Positions 24,921 to 37,120 of a stretch of 64,000 nt of DNA are shown piece after piece. Under the pieces are notes generated by a model. It was not told the origin of the DNA. It did no database searches and was given only the letters and a program-made list of their open reading frames with translations. Origin of the DNA: Glaucostegus cemiculus (lineage: Eukaryota). The translations under genes were made by a program, and so were the position numbers. The DNA is taken from the NCBI GenBank assembly GCA_976551045.1, contig CDPCPM010000281.1:14322001-14386000 (forward strand). Reading direction: 5' to 3'. Each line of letters opens with the position of its first letter. The first letter of the stretch is position 1.

Positions 24921-25149
24921 CTCACCCTGCCTCACTGTGCTGTTGCTCCCCACATGTAGAAGGAGGAAGCAAAACATTGCTAATTGTTTAGTGTCTGTGT
25001 ACTCCTTATTTCTCATATAGTATATCAGTACAGAGATACACAATCTCCCACATGTAACTTATGCACAACTGTGATGAAGAACCTGCATCGTGCCAGCTCC
25101 TAATGACATAATTGGGTCAGAGCCAGCCCTGCCAACCAAACTGCTGGAA

Positions 25150-25270
25150 AAGCTTCACAAAAACAGAAAACCTGCAGACAACCTGTCACCTGAAAGGTTC
25201 ACTCTGTCTCCCTCCACAGACGCTGCCTGACCTGCTGAGTACCTCTGGCGCCTTCTGCTTTTTTGTGTTG
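25150..25270 (+). mobile_element. Penelope-derived short fold-back element
   Basis: aaaacagaaaacctgcag...cagacgctgcctgacctgctgagtacctctggcgccttctgc. Confidence 0.5.
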
Positions 25271-25653
25271 GAAAAGCACTTGACAGCAGGAAAACATGGC
25301 CCCAGCTTTGCTCCTGCAAAAGCCATTGACCTATGTCAACAATTCTGAATTGCCCCAACACCCAGGGGCATTCAAAACTACTGAGACAAAAGCATTTAAA
25401 GATACAGATGTAATTAAGAATGTTATTGCAAGCGCAGAAATAATATATAGAAGTAACATGTTGTCTTGCTGCCTCTCAGCTGAAAAATTCCCATTGAAAG
25501 AAACAAGCTCAGATCCTGCAGTAGAGTTCCCAGTCGGAAGGCTGGTTCATTCCAGGAAGTTCATGCTCCATTGCTGGACTGTTGGGCCACACACACACCT
25601 ACACCTACACGTGCACGCACACACACAAATGGCCACACACACACCTGTGCATG

Positions 25654-25808
25654 NNNNNNNNNNNNNNNNNNNNNNNNNNNNNNNNNNNNNNNNNNNNNNN
25701 NNNNNNNNNNNNNNNNNNNNNNNNNNNNNNNNNNNNNNNNNNNNNNNNNNNNNNNNNNNNNNNNNNNNNNNNNNNNNNNNNNNNNNNNNNNNNNNNNNNN
25801 NNNNNNNN
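25654..25808. other. Assembly gap (155 N)
   Basis: Run of N preceded by CA-rich simple repeats. Confidence 0.99.
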
Positions 25809-26759
25809 GGCATTTATATTGGCAAATGCTAATTGTTCACCTTGGAACAGCTGGCAAATCCCAGCAGGCATTTATGAGCTACAATTTCCAAAGTGTTAGA
25901 CAGCCTCTGAGAAAAAATTCTTCTGAGTATATTAATACTATTGGACAGAATCATTATTTATGTTGAGCACAGATCAGGCACTCAAGTCAACAGGTCTATC
26001 CATTAATTCCTTTCGATCTCGTGTTTATCTTGATTTCTCTGGTATGCATGTATGATCATTAAACCCTACCAAATGCCATTACAATGTTGAAGACCTCTAT
26101 CAGGGAACCCTTCAGTCTTCTACGCTTAGGAGAAAAAAGATCCACTGTGACCGCACAGTACAAGTTTTTGTGTTTCAAAGAATCAGTGTAATTAACTGGC
26201 AGTAAAGCAAATGTCTGCATGGCTTCAGTTAGAGCTTCACTTCTCGTGTGCCACACACTTTATGACGCACGTTCCTCTTGGAAATTCTGCACAGGTATTC
26301 CAAATTATCTCAACCCCCTACTTTTCATTTTTCTGTTCTTGGGAATGAGAGAACGTTATGTGGAATAAGACAATTTGGTAGTGGTTTGTCTTGACAGAGA
26401 CAAAATCTGCAGGATCACAATTATACTCGACTCTGAGTGCAGCTCAGCAGTTTGATATCCTGCTAATGTCAACCCTCAATGGAAGCACCAACCACAGCAT
26501 CAGCCACAAGGAGACTAAAGTAGTTAACAGCCTCTTTGTACTTTTTTTTTCACTACTCAGTAAGTGGTTTGAGGTGAATCACAAAGCCATATTAAATAGC
26601 TGCCTGCCTGAAGATAAAAGGCTTTGGTAGCACATAGAGAAATTATTGTGCTGATAACAGAGAATAAAGGGTTAACCCCAATTTAGAAATAGGAGTCAAA
26701 GGTGAATTGTGAGAACATGATAGGTCTCCATCTCCTATAACTGCAATCAGACTTTCTGA

Positions 26760-27050
26760 CCTATGCTCTTTTAATAGGATGACTGGCACTAGTGATTAAA
26801 ATCTGTGCAATGGAACTGAAAAAGGGAAGTCAGGAAGAACCTTTTTACACAATAGCAAATCAAGTTAAGGAACAGAATACCAGGGAACGTGATTGAGGCG
26901 CGTGACATTAATGGGTTTGAGACAATTAGTTATGCTCATGAAGGGAGAAGTAATTGAAGAATATGATCAGTAGGCAGATGGTTGATGTGTCAAAGAAGGA
27001 TGTCTTGCTGTGGTTAATGGCCCTGCCTTGCTCCCAGAGGCCCTTATGTT
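26760..27050 (+). mobile_element. CR1 LINE 3' fragment, old
   Basis: caggaagaacctttttacaca...gtgattgaggc...ggttaatggccctg follows the CR1 3' end. Confidence 0.45.
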
Positions 27051-27499
27051 TCACCCATCCCAGGCTTTGGTATATATCCAGTGCATTGCACTTTCCAATC
27101 ATTGTTGATGCTGTGTTAAATCTTTCATGAGCATTGGGGGAGGGGGGGCATGAGCTTCACATCTGATCTGAGGTAGGAGCTTTGACAGTAAGTTCACCCT
27201 TTGATAATGTAGCCTGTTAGTGAGGGGTGAGTGTGTCACTGTGGTGAGTAAATGTGAGCAAAGTGGAAAGGTTTGCATTAATTATGCGATCAGATGCTTG
27301 CATTTAGGAGAGACAAAGAGACAGGAAATTGTCATTAACAGAGGAACAGCTGCCTCTGGTGGGCTCTGGGGACAAGATCAAATCCTACCACCAGATGCAC
27401 TTTAAAAAGGGCCTGTCAGATTTACTTAAGAGGGGCATGCCAGCTCAGTTAATGAATGTGGCAAAAGTGGATCCCCACCACACACAAGCTGACCTTAAG

Positions 27500-28300
27500 T
27501 AGCCCCAGTCATGTCTACAAAATAGAGAATTTCTGTGAACAGTCATACTTGAGGAGGATGCTCAATAGTCCCTCTACTGACTGAGTCAAAGGCTGTTGTG
27601 AGGTCAAGGAAGCCCATGTGCAGTGTCTGAAGCTGTTCCTGTATTTTTCATGGTGCTGATGCGTGGTGCGATTCATGCCTACTGTGCCACTAGATGGGTG
27701 GAATCCAATCTGTGACTCAGGGAGCAGTTCCCTGATCACCAGGAAGAGGTGGCTGAGAAGAGCCACAGCAATGACAGCAGGGCGATCCCTCTTTAGTTAC
27801 TGTATTCAGATTTTCCTTGAAGGTAATGAGTATAACGCCTTTGGGGTCCCCTCACAATGTCCTCTTCTTCCCAAAACATGTGAGACAGGACTGTGAATCT
27901 GTGAGTTAAGTTTCTTTCCACCAAGTTTTAAAACTTCAACAGGGATTCCACCTGCTCCAAAGACCTTGTTGGTCTTTCAGTTGGCAAACGGCTTGTTCTC
28001 CTTCTGTCAGTCAGGTCTGGCACAAGGCAGGGCTGGGCATCTTCTGTGGGATGGAGCCAAGAGTGCTCACAGCGTCATAGACAGCGTCATAGCGAGAGGT
28101 TCTTCAAAGGGCTCCTCGTCCCAAGGGTGCTGACTGCCTCTCTGTCCTTGACATTTTCATCTCCACTCTTGTTACTCAGCAGGGTGGGCACGAGTGTTTG
28201 TGCAGGTGAAGAATCCCTGCATGTCACGGTGATCAGAAAGTCGCTGGAACTCCAGCATTCTTTCCATCCATCATCTGTTCCCTGGGCCACATGTTTTCTG
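27500..28300 (-). mobile_element. RTE-clade LINE reverse-transcriptase fragment (degenerate)
   Basis: Minus translation ELLPESQIGFHPSSGTVGM..THQHHEKYR (27515-27766) matches the RTE LPESQCGFRP.RGT.DMIFT.RQLQEKCR motif; TLLSNKSGDENVKDREAV lies upstream. Confidence 0.75.
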
Positions 28301-28639
28301 TTGGACGTTTATGCCTGCAGTTAATTAACTCTGGGTCTCATTATCCCATACAGCACAGAAACAGGCCCTCTGTCCCACCATGTCTATGCTGACCATCATA
28401 CCTATCTGTGTTTATCCCACTAACCAGCAGTTGGCCTGTTGCCTGCTACAGCCTGCAGGGCCTTGCTTGTCCAGATGCTGCTTAGGTGTTGTGAGAGCAG
28501 TGTAGGGTGGAGCGATTGTACACTGAGTCTTAGCTATTCAGATCTCAGTGAGCATTACAACAAAGTCCAGTTTTTGTCCTTGAGTATCCCTGCTTACAGG
28601 ATGCTGGGCAACAGCTGTCCCGGGATTCCGGATTCTGGA

Positions 28640-28870
28640 TATCTCCCAGGTATCCAGTTTCTCCCAACATGTTATTGATCGGTAGGTTAATTGACTGCTG
28701 TAAATTATCCTTAATGTGGGTGAGTGGTTGGAGAATAAGGGGGAGTTGATGGGCGTGTGAGAGAGAATGAGTTATAAGGAAATCTGTGGGGGAGTGTGAT
28801 TGATGGGATTGCTAGGACAGCTGGAACAGGCTCAGTTGACTGAATAACCTCCTTCTATGTCATAGGAAAA
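28640..28870 (+). mobile_element. V-SINE 3' half
   Basis: ccaggtatccagtttctcccaacat...ggtaggttaattgactgctgtaaatt...tgatgggattgct, homologous to 59830-60060. Confidence 0.6.
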
Positions 28871-28904
28871 AGAGACTTCCCCTCTCGCTGACAAAACAAA
28901 TAAC

Positions 28905-29425
28905 TAGAACCATAGGGCCATAGAACCATAGAACACTACAGCACAGAAAACAGGACATTCGGCCCTTCTACTCTGTGCTGAAACAGTATTCCGCTAGTCC
29001 CATTTACCTGCAGCCAGTCCATAACCCTCCAGACCTCTCCTGTCCATGTATTTATCCAATTTATTCTTAAAACTCAAGAGTGAGCCCGCATTTACTATAT
29101 CAGATGGCAGCCCATTCCATACTCCCACCACTCTCTGAGTGAAGAAGTTCCCCCTAATGTTCCCCCTAAGCCTTTCCCCTTTCACCCTAAAGCCATGTCC
29201 TCTCATACTTATCTCTCCTAATCTAGGTGGAAGGAGTCTACTTGCATTAACTCTGTCTATCCCCCTCATAATTTTGTAAACCTCTAACAAATCTCCCCTC
29301 ATTCTTCTGTGCTCCAAGGAATAAAGTCCTAACCTGTTCAGTCCTTCCCTGTAACTCAACTCCTGAAGATCCAGCAACATTATCTCCTCTGCACTCTTTC
29401 AGTCTTCCAAATATCCTTCCTATAG
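28905..29425 (-). mobile_element. CR1 LINE 3' end, young and 5'-truncated
   Basis: ORF 28994-29380 LSYREGLNRLGLYSLEHRRMRGDLLEVYKIMRG...FFTQRVVGVWNGLP is the CR1 ORF2 C-terminus; (catagaac)n tail at 28907-28933. Confidence 0.92.
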
Positions 29426-30499
29426 TCGGTACCTACCTTATTACAGACCAGAGACTGCAGTCAAAACATGTCCACCATGCCTAACTCCCATGTTTTCACA
29501 CTGTAGACACCTAGAGTCTCAGTTTTGCCAAGTGCTCCATCCTCTCCACAAACATTTTTCCACAGAAGGTAATAATGCCGAGTCCATCCCTTGGATTTCT
29601 CTCTGAAGCACTTTCCCACCTGGTAAACATATGTAGTGGAATTCAGTGCAGGAAGTACAGTGAATGAAGGAAGACACACATCTTCCCACCTTGCAAAGTT
29701 GATCACTAGCATTTCAAGTGTGTAAAGCCTTTTGTACCCATACTTAACCTTCAACAAAGTAATTCTAACCTTGGTAAGGTTTACAAGAAGTGCCAGACAA
29801 ACATCTCATCCAATGTAGAACGTCTTCCACAGTGTTCACAGGCAACTCTAAACCACATACATGCAAATCACGGAAGATACTGATACCTGTTACGTAAATA
29901 GAAAATTAAACCTCTTGTATGTGGCTCTAGTCACCATAAATTGCTCATGGAACTCATAACAAGCCTATGGGTGACTGACAAATATGAAAGAAGAAACCTT
30001 TGACAAGTTCTTCAACTCGCACTGTAGTTGAATATCTCAACCAGCTAAGTGTGAAATTATATTTGCCATTCTACGAATGGAAAAGGAACAACTCCTGTAT
30101 TTGGGTAGCGTGTTTACAGTACACATTTGTCTTTCATTTTCATAGCAGTAGAGTACCCGTTTCAAAACACACTCCACCTAACAGCTCAGCCGAACACACA
30201 CAGCAAAGTCAGTTATCTGAACATATTGCAGCTCTTGGGGTTAATAAGCCTGACTACAGACTCTGAATGAAAAAATAAGCCTCTAAACCAGTGTTGATAG
30301 ATCCATTACCCACACCACATGTGGCTAATTGAGAATCCAGATGTGGTAAATTTCAGTTCTGATTAGTAAATAAAAAATTAGAAATAGATGCTATCATTGA
30401 TCAAGTAATCTCAACACATACTCTCACAGTTTAGGCATGTGAGCCTCAAACTTTTTGTCCTTATGGCAAGATGAATATCTGAATGTTTTTTTTATGAGA

Positions 30500-30720
30500 T
30501 AAGCAGAGGGTATGCTTAAATCTCTGGAATTCTGTACCCCAGGAGGTTGTGGAGGCTGGATCTCTGGAGGTAGTTGAAGAAGAGCTAAGTAATTTTTTGA
30601 AAGATCAGGAAATTGATGGCTATGTGGAGTTGAGACAGAAGAGAAGTTGAGCTGTTGGGCAGATGGTATTAAATGACTGGTACAGGCTTGAGAGGCCATT
30701 GGCCTGCTTTTTTCTTGTTT
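30500..30720 (+). mobile_element. CR1 LINE 3' fragment
   Basis: aatctctggaattctgtaccccaggaggttgtggaggctg...aggcttgagaggccattggcct. Confidence 0.65.
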
Positions 30721-31344
30721 TACAGTGTAAGAAAATATCTAAATGTGACCTGTGTTTACGTGTGTTGTGTGCATAGATGATTTGTCCCAAAAGCAGTGCA
30801 CACAGGTTAAACATTGTCACTGTGGTGGCAGACGTGACCACTTGGCAAGTTTTGTTTGGAGAACACTGATCTAAATCACGAACTAAACCAGCAAGAAATA
30901 GGTTCCAAGCAACTGTGTGGCTTTTCCAGTAAGGACTATAGTTAGCACTGACCATAGCGAGATCACTTAATATAGTTTCAGCAGATTCTTGGTGACTTTC
31001 TCTCTTTTTCCAACATGGCATGCAGTCTGGTTCTATCTGCCAATCATCATTGGTGTCCAGAAGCAGTGATATCATTGGCTGAGCAGCCAATCAGGCTGAA
31101 GAATTCTCATAGACTGACTCCACTTCAAAAGTACTTCACTGGCTGCAAAGAGCTTTGGAATATTCAAAAATTGTGAACATAATCTCCCTTAATTGAAAAA
31201 GGGACAGAAGAACCTCATTCAGTATATTACAAGATCCCTGTGTCTATACTAGGGTGGTCAAAGCAACTACTATCTACTGATTACTACCAAAGGAAGGAGG
31301 AATCCCACTGAAACAATACTTACTAACTGCTTTGTCTGCTTCAA

Positions 31345-32545
31345 CTTTATTCATAAAAGTATACACAAGAAATACAAAGCAAAGAGCATGGCTCTTTTTA
31401 CACTCATAATGTTGTACAGTCTATGCATTCATAGTGTTATTGGGTCTATACATTTATAATGTTAGCACACTCTGTGTACAGAGCACCATTGTCAATTATG
31501 CAGCTTTTTGCGAAGCTACGAACTTCAAGTGTTTGAGAGGCTTCTACCCAGGGCTCAGCTCCTCAATGTCTAGTGGCAGAAGAACCTTAGAATGTAGTCA
31601 TTCCCTGCAAAGCCTTTGTATTGGCTGCATTGGACTTCAATACATCCCTTAGCACATACTCCTGCAACCGGGAATGTGCCAGTCTGCAACATTCCTTTAC
31701 AGGCGTCTCATTGTGCTAGAAGACCAAAAAGATTTGGGCAGACCAAGGAGCATCTTTCACTGAGTTGATGATCTTTCAACAGTACTTTACGTCTGTCTCA
31801 GTGTGTGTTCCTGGGAACAGCCTGCAGATCAGAGAGTCCTGTGTTATGCATGAACCAATACAAGGTCCCTAGCATCTTTTTCCAGACTTTCTTTGGAAAT
31901 CCACAGCCCACAAAGAGGTGGACAATTGTCTCGCCCTCATCGTAGCCATCCCTAGGGCAGCATGTGTTGGGAACGAGACTCTAACTCAGCAGGAAGGATT
32001 TGACAGGGAGGGCCCCTCTCGCTACCAGCCAAGCGAGGTCTCAGTGCTTGTTGGTGAGTTCTGGTGATGAGGTATTTGCACAAATAGCTTTTACAGTCTC
32101 ACAGGGTCCTTTGTGTCCTTTTCCTGCAGTGCCTGCTGGACAATCCATGCTGACCACTAGCTGATGGACTGGTGGTCAAAGGCATTTCCCTGAAGGAACA
32201 TTTCAATGAAGGACAGGAAGTGCGGCAAACTCCAACTAACCAGGACATTGCACAGCAACGAGGCAGGCCTGTCCTTCACAACACCTGGGACAGGTAGAAC
32301 CTCGGCGCATGGTGACACTTGGTTTCTATGTACTTCGGTTCTACACACAGTTTGATGCAGCCACACACAAAGGTGGCCATCAGGATGAGGGCAATGCTGG
32401 GTACACACTTTCCCCCCAATATCTATGGACTTGTACATCGTGACCTGTCGGATATGTTCCATCTCGGGTCCCCAGATAAAACAGAAGATGGCTCGAGTGA
32501 CTGCCACAGTGACAATGAAGCCCTGACTCGGGGTTTATTAATTAA
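31345..32545 (-). mobile_element. Tx1-like LINE ORF2 3' region (degenerate)
   Basis: Minus translation AVTRAIFCFIWGPEMEHIRQVTMYKSIDIGGK (32157-32507) fits the L1/Tx1 post-RT F.W...GG motif; ends in tttattcataaaa (AATAAA on the minus strand). Confidence 0.8.
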
Positions 32546-33299
32546 TTATAATCAACCAAAATGACCTATTCTGTGAAATTACAATAAACTTGGGGTAAGG
32601 TTGGTCAGTATGAGATCTCCTCCTTTCTTCCTCCTCCTCTATGCTATGAGCTATTCACTACAGATGCATACATCTAGGGGTCAATCCACCAATGATCTGA
32701 TGAGGCATGACCTCTGCTGGCTAACCAGGTCAACCCTCCTGTTTGACTGAGGGGATTTGCTTTTAAGGTAACAGCCCACTAGCCATTCACAGCCACAGTC
32801 GCACCTTGTCCTTGGAACTAACCTATCCATACCACTTCTCTTAACCGGAGGAAATGAGGCTTCAGTTCTCTTCCCTGCTCCAATGCTTTCTGTGTCATCT
32901 GTTTAATCCAATTTTTTAAATGAATACAGTGTCAGCATTCTGAATCTTATTCCTGATAGCCAAACACAATTCCAGTCAGATTCAAGTAAAAAAGAGGTTT
33001 CACATTCACAAAGGCTGATATGTCAAATGAGGATAAAAAGACTTTAAAAGCATCTGAGGACTTGTTCTCTACTCAGACTGAGCTCATCGCAGATTGATAT
33101 CAGATGCCATGTGTAAACAAACAAGTCCCTCATCACTCATCTAAGGATTTTTAACTGACTCAATAATTTTGACTATTAGCATTTCTAAAGGCTCTGGGAC
33201 AGGACTGCAGACATGGAGCTTTTATTTTATAAAAACATATTGTCAATATTACTGCTCTATGGACAATGAAAAACCACAGGAAGTCAGAGAAGGGAAAAA

Positions 33300-33570
33300 A
33301 TAAGAACTGAAGAATATAAGAAACAGGAGTAGAAGTAGGCCAGTGGTCCTTTGAGGCTGCTCCACCAGTAGGTAGGATCACAACGGATCTGATCTTGGAT
33401 TCAGCAATACTTTCCAACTTTCTTCCATTCCCTTTGACTCCCTTGTAGTTCAAATGTCTGTCAATCTCTGAACATATCCAGTGATTCCGCCTCCTCAGCT
33501 ACCTGGGGCAGAGAACTTCAAAGGTTCACAGCCAAGTGAGAGAAGAAGTTCTTCCTCATCTCCATCTTTA
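33300..33570 (-). mobile_element. CR1 LINE 3' fragment
   Basis: taagaac...aggagtagaagtaggcc tail, ggggcagagaacttcaaagg...gaagaagttcttcctcatctcc. Confidence 0.7.
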
Positions 33571-33986
33571 CGTTTGTCAATAAACAACTTTCCTTTCATA
33601 AAACCATGATTATCTAAATCCTCTATTATCTCCTTAATAATGGAGGTAATAATAAAATAATAGATATGGTTAAACCAACAAATCATCTTTCTCGCTCTCT
33701 CTCTCATCTCTCACACCATAGCCTGTACATCCACAGAACCTCGGTTTTCTCAAGGCATGCTGGCATATTACATGTTTGGCCAATTTCTGAATTTGTGGAC
33801 CGGAAATTGAGCCAGAAGTGGCACTTAGCAACTCTTTCTGCAGGTATAGCCACAGGGCCTGTGCAATTCCACAATACAGGAGTGAGTGCTGAGGGAAATA
33901 GTATTAAAGTAAGGTGTGGGTGCTGACAGCAAACTGATAGAAACTCACAAGGGCATTACTTCTGGGGAGCATGTAAATGAGGAAAG

Positions 33987-34081
33987 TGGTGAAGGGGGAA
34001 CGTTCTGGGATCTCCGAACAACTGTGCAGCAAATGGTGAAGGGTGAACCTTCTGGAGATCTCTAGATAACTGTGCAGCAAA
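33987..34081. repeat. Two-unit tandem duplication (47 and 48 bp)
   Basis: tggtgaagggggaacgttctgggatctccgaacaactgtgcagcaaa followed directly by tggtgaagggtgaaccttctggagatctctagataactgtgcagcaaa. Confidence 0.85.
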
Positions 34082-35084
34082 TGTTTCCAGACATTTTTGG
34101 ATAAAAACTACCTCATCTGAGGAAAGTGTGAAAGGAAGCATTGAGGAGTCATTATCAGTTGTGACACTATGCTGTACGAACATGATTGTCCTTTCAATTT
34201 GCATTGGAATGTAAAAATATTACTATACTTTTGTAGATGGGGCTAGGCAAGGCAGTTTCAGGTGCAACTCATATTTGCCAACAGTTTTGGAGAAGGGCAT
34301 TTTGAATTGAATTTAACTCAGGCTCCTTAAGGCAGGCTACTTTAGGAGCTGTTATTCTCTTTAAGATTAATTACCAAGGAGTACACAGAGTGTTCAAAGA
34401 AGAAAGAGGCTTTCACTGGGCACTACCCAAGTGTGAACTGGGTGAACAACACAGATTATCCATCATGGGCAATTTATTATGGATGTCTTGGGTTTTTCAT
34501 TAACTGACGGATATGGCCACTCTGAAGACCATTGTTTATTGTGGGGTGTGGTCATACATGGTGTGGTGAATGTCAAAGGCCATGCAGAGGACAGTGCTCC
34601 TGATTTGTGCTTTAATATTTGCACACTGTCATTTGAACAATTCAGAGCGCCAGTGAAAACTGCAGGTCGTGCCATTGCAAAGGCAGCACATGTCACAATG
34701 TCCTGCTGCTCACTTCCTTCCTCACAGGGATCCAGGTCGCTGATTAGGGTCAGTGGTGTCAGTGAGCCCGATAAACCAGCCGCCTAAGACCACAAATCTC
34801 TTAGACACTGATCTCCTTCATGCTGTATCCTCGTAAATTAACTGGCACTGGATAACAGCCATAATAAAACATCTTTCTGTACTCATTCTTTCCTGCTGTG
34901 CTCACCACTGCAAGGCTGCCAGCTCCCTGCAGGCTTCAATTCCAATTTTAAATAAGAGAAATTGTTGTGATGTAGAAAGTTGATGTGCCTCGGGATAGGC
35001 CGGGATAACGTTCTTGCCTGGGTCAGAAGCCTGTGAGTTCCAGAGCGAAGCGCGTAATCCAGACTGACACTTCAGCTTAGCATT

Positions 35085-35490
35085 GAGGCACATGTCACCT
35101 CTTGGAAACATCAAGTTTCACATGGAGGCTGACGAGACCCACTGGTGATCCCTCCGCTGACCCTGCCTTGTCGCGGACTCCACGCTTAACGGTCTTTACT
35201 GATGGGCAGAAATTTCCTTCAGTTAAGTATCGGGAAGACTAAACCCACTACCTTCAGTCCCCACCAGAAATACCATCACTAGGACACCAACTCCACCTCG
35301 TCCAATTATTGGAAACTGAGCTCTATCATTCATTTTCTTGCTGTTGTATCTGACCCAAGGGTGAAACTTCCAGTTGCATATCCACACTATCACTAAGAAT
35401 CGCAAGCTGCACCTTGTAACCCCACTCCACTCACTCCTCACCTTTGCTTGTCTGAAACATCCATGCCTTTGTCATCTCTGAACTTGAGTA
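35085..35490 (+). mobile_element. L2 LINE reverse-transcriptase remnant, preceded by a Deu-SINE head (about 35000-35085)
   Basis: IKFHMEADETHW (cf. FHMYADDTQL) and NFLQLSIGKTK (cf. NFLQLN..KTE); ccatgcctttgtcatctctgaacttga (IHAFV.S.LD motif). Confidence 0.7.
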
Positions 35491-35634
35491 TCCCAAAGAG
35501 GGAGATGATGTTAATGTTGTAACTAAAATGAATAAGCATGAAGTATTGGAAGGGATAGACAAAATGAAAGAATTAGTATTAATGGGTTTAGCATTTTTGA
35601 AAACAAATAACTCACCAGCTCTAGGTGAAACCAA

Positions 35635-36095
35635 CGTCCCCTCCCCTTCCCTCCTTGGACTCTGTCTTTACTTCTCACTGTCTTGGTGAAGCAGCCAGCA
35701 TAATCAAAGACCCCACCCACCCAGGTCATTCTTTCTTCTATCCTCTTCCATCAGAAAGAAGATACAGGAGCCTGAGGGCATGTACCACCAGACTTCAGGA
35801 CAGCTTCTACCCCACTCCCACTGTGATAAGACTATTGAACAGTTCCCTTATATGATGAGATGGACTCTGACCTCACGATCTACCTTGTTGTGACCTTGCA
35901 CCTCATTGCACTGCACTTTCTCTGTAGCTGTGACACTTTTCTCTGTACTGTTATTGTTTTTATCTGTATTACATCAATGCACTCTGTGCTAACTCAATGT
36001 AACTGCACTGTGTAATGAATTGACCTGTAGGATTGGAATACAAGCAAGTTTTTCACTGTACCTCAGTTAAAGTGACAGTAATAAACCAATAACAA
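35635..36095 (+). mobile_element. Rex1/Babar-like LINE 3' end
   Basis: LPSLDSVFTSHCLGEAASIIKDPTHPGHSFFYPLPSERRYRSLRACTTRLQDSFYP (35625-35855), then 3' UTR with aataaaccaat tail. Confidence 0.85.
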
Positions 36096-36099
36096 ATAT

Positions 36100-37120
36100 A
36101 TACCAGGCTGTTAAAAGAAACATGGGAGGAAATTGTCGAGGCTCTGTCATTTTTCAATCTTCCCTGGTTACAGGAGCAGTGCCAGAGGTTTGGAGGACTG
36201 CTAATGTATTATTGGTTAAAGGGAGAGGCAGGGATAAACCATGTAATTGCAGGCCAGCTGGTTTAACTGATGGTGGGCAAATTATAAACTTTCATTTAGA
36301 AAGGCACTGATTAATCACAGACAGCCAGCTTGGATTTTTTAAGGGAAGATTATGTCTGATTACCCTGATTGAAATTTTTGAGGAGATAAACAAGGAGAGT
36401 TGATGAGGGCAGCATGCTTGATGTGGTCTAGGTGACCTTAAGCAAAGCTGTTGACAGCACCTCACATGACAGCCTGGTCATGAGATTCAAGGGAGGGTGG
36501 GAAATTGGATCCAAAACTGGCTAAGTGGCAGAAAGCAAAGGATAATAATTGATGGGTGTTTCTGTGACTAGAAGGCCATACCTGTGGAGACTCAGTACCT
36601 GACTTTTTGTAATATGTACTAACAATTTAGGCCTAGAAGTCTGAGACATGACAAAGAGGTTTGGAGGAATACAGAATGGGTGTGTTGTTCACAATAAGGA
36701 GAACAGCTTTAGTCTTCAGGAAGATGTAGATGATCTGGTCGCTTGGGAAAACAAATGGTAAATGGAGTCTGGTGAGATACAATGAGGTAAAGGAATTTAC
36801 AATAAATGGTAAGATAATGGATGCCATGAAGGATCTGATTGTAAATGTACAAATCTGTAAAGGTAAGAGGGGGCAATAAAGTAGTTAAAGAGCCATACCC
36901 AATGTTACCTCTCATTAGCTAAGACAGAATATAAGAGAGCAGGGGTGTTATGCTAGAAATGTATATCATACAAGCTAGGCCATACGTAAGTACCACATAT
37001 AATTCTGTTTATCAATTGCACAGGACAGCATACAGAGAAGATTTATGGAGATGTTCCCAGGGCTAGAAATCTGTAGCTATAAAGAAATATTGAATAGGCC
37101 CATGTTTCTTTCTCTAGGAC
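36100..37120 (+). mobile_element. Older CR1 LINE fragment, interrupted; resumes at about 38086-38255
   Basis: IFQSSLVTGAVPEVWRTANV...RDKPCNCRP; the 3' part resumes after the younger insert (gtgtacttgaagagccatgac...). Confidence 0.75.

Noticed and set aside
25296-25966. Several ORFs of 88-178 aa
   Set aside because: Artefacts of reading through CA repeats and the 155-N gap.
30620-31090. 156-aa minus-strand ORF
   Set aside because: Starts at TTG, has no recognisable motif, and its 3' end runs into an antisense CR1 remnant.
33987-34081. CRISPR-like or coding repeat
   Set aside because: Only two adjacent units, no spacers, stops in the frames, and a eukaryotic context.
34205-34215. TGGAATGTAAA, identical to the first 11 nt of miR-1
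   Set aside because: The sequence diverges immediately afterwards and I see no complementary 5' arm for a precursor hairpin.
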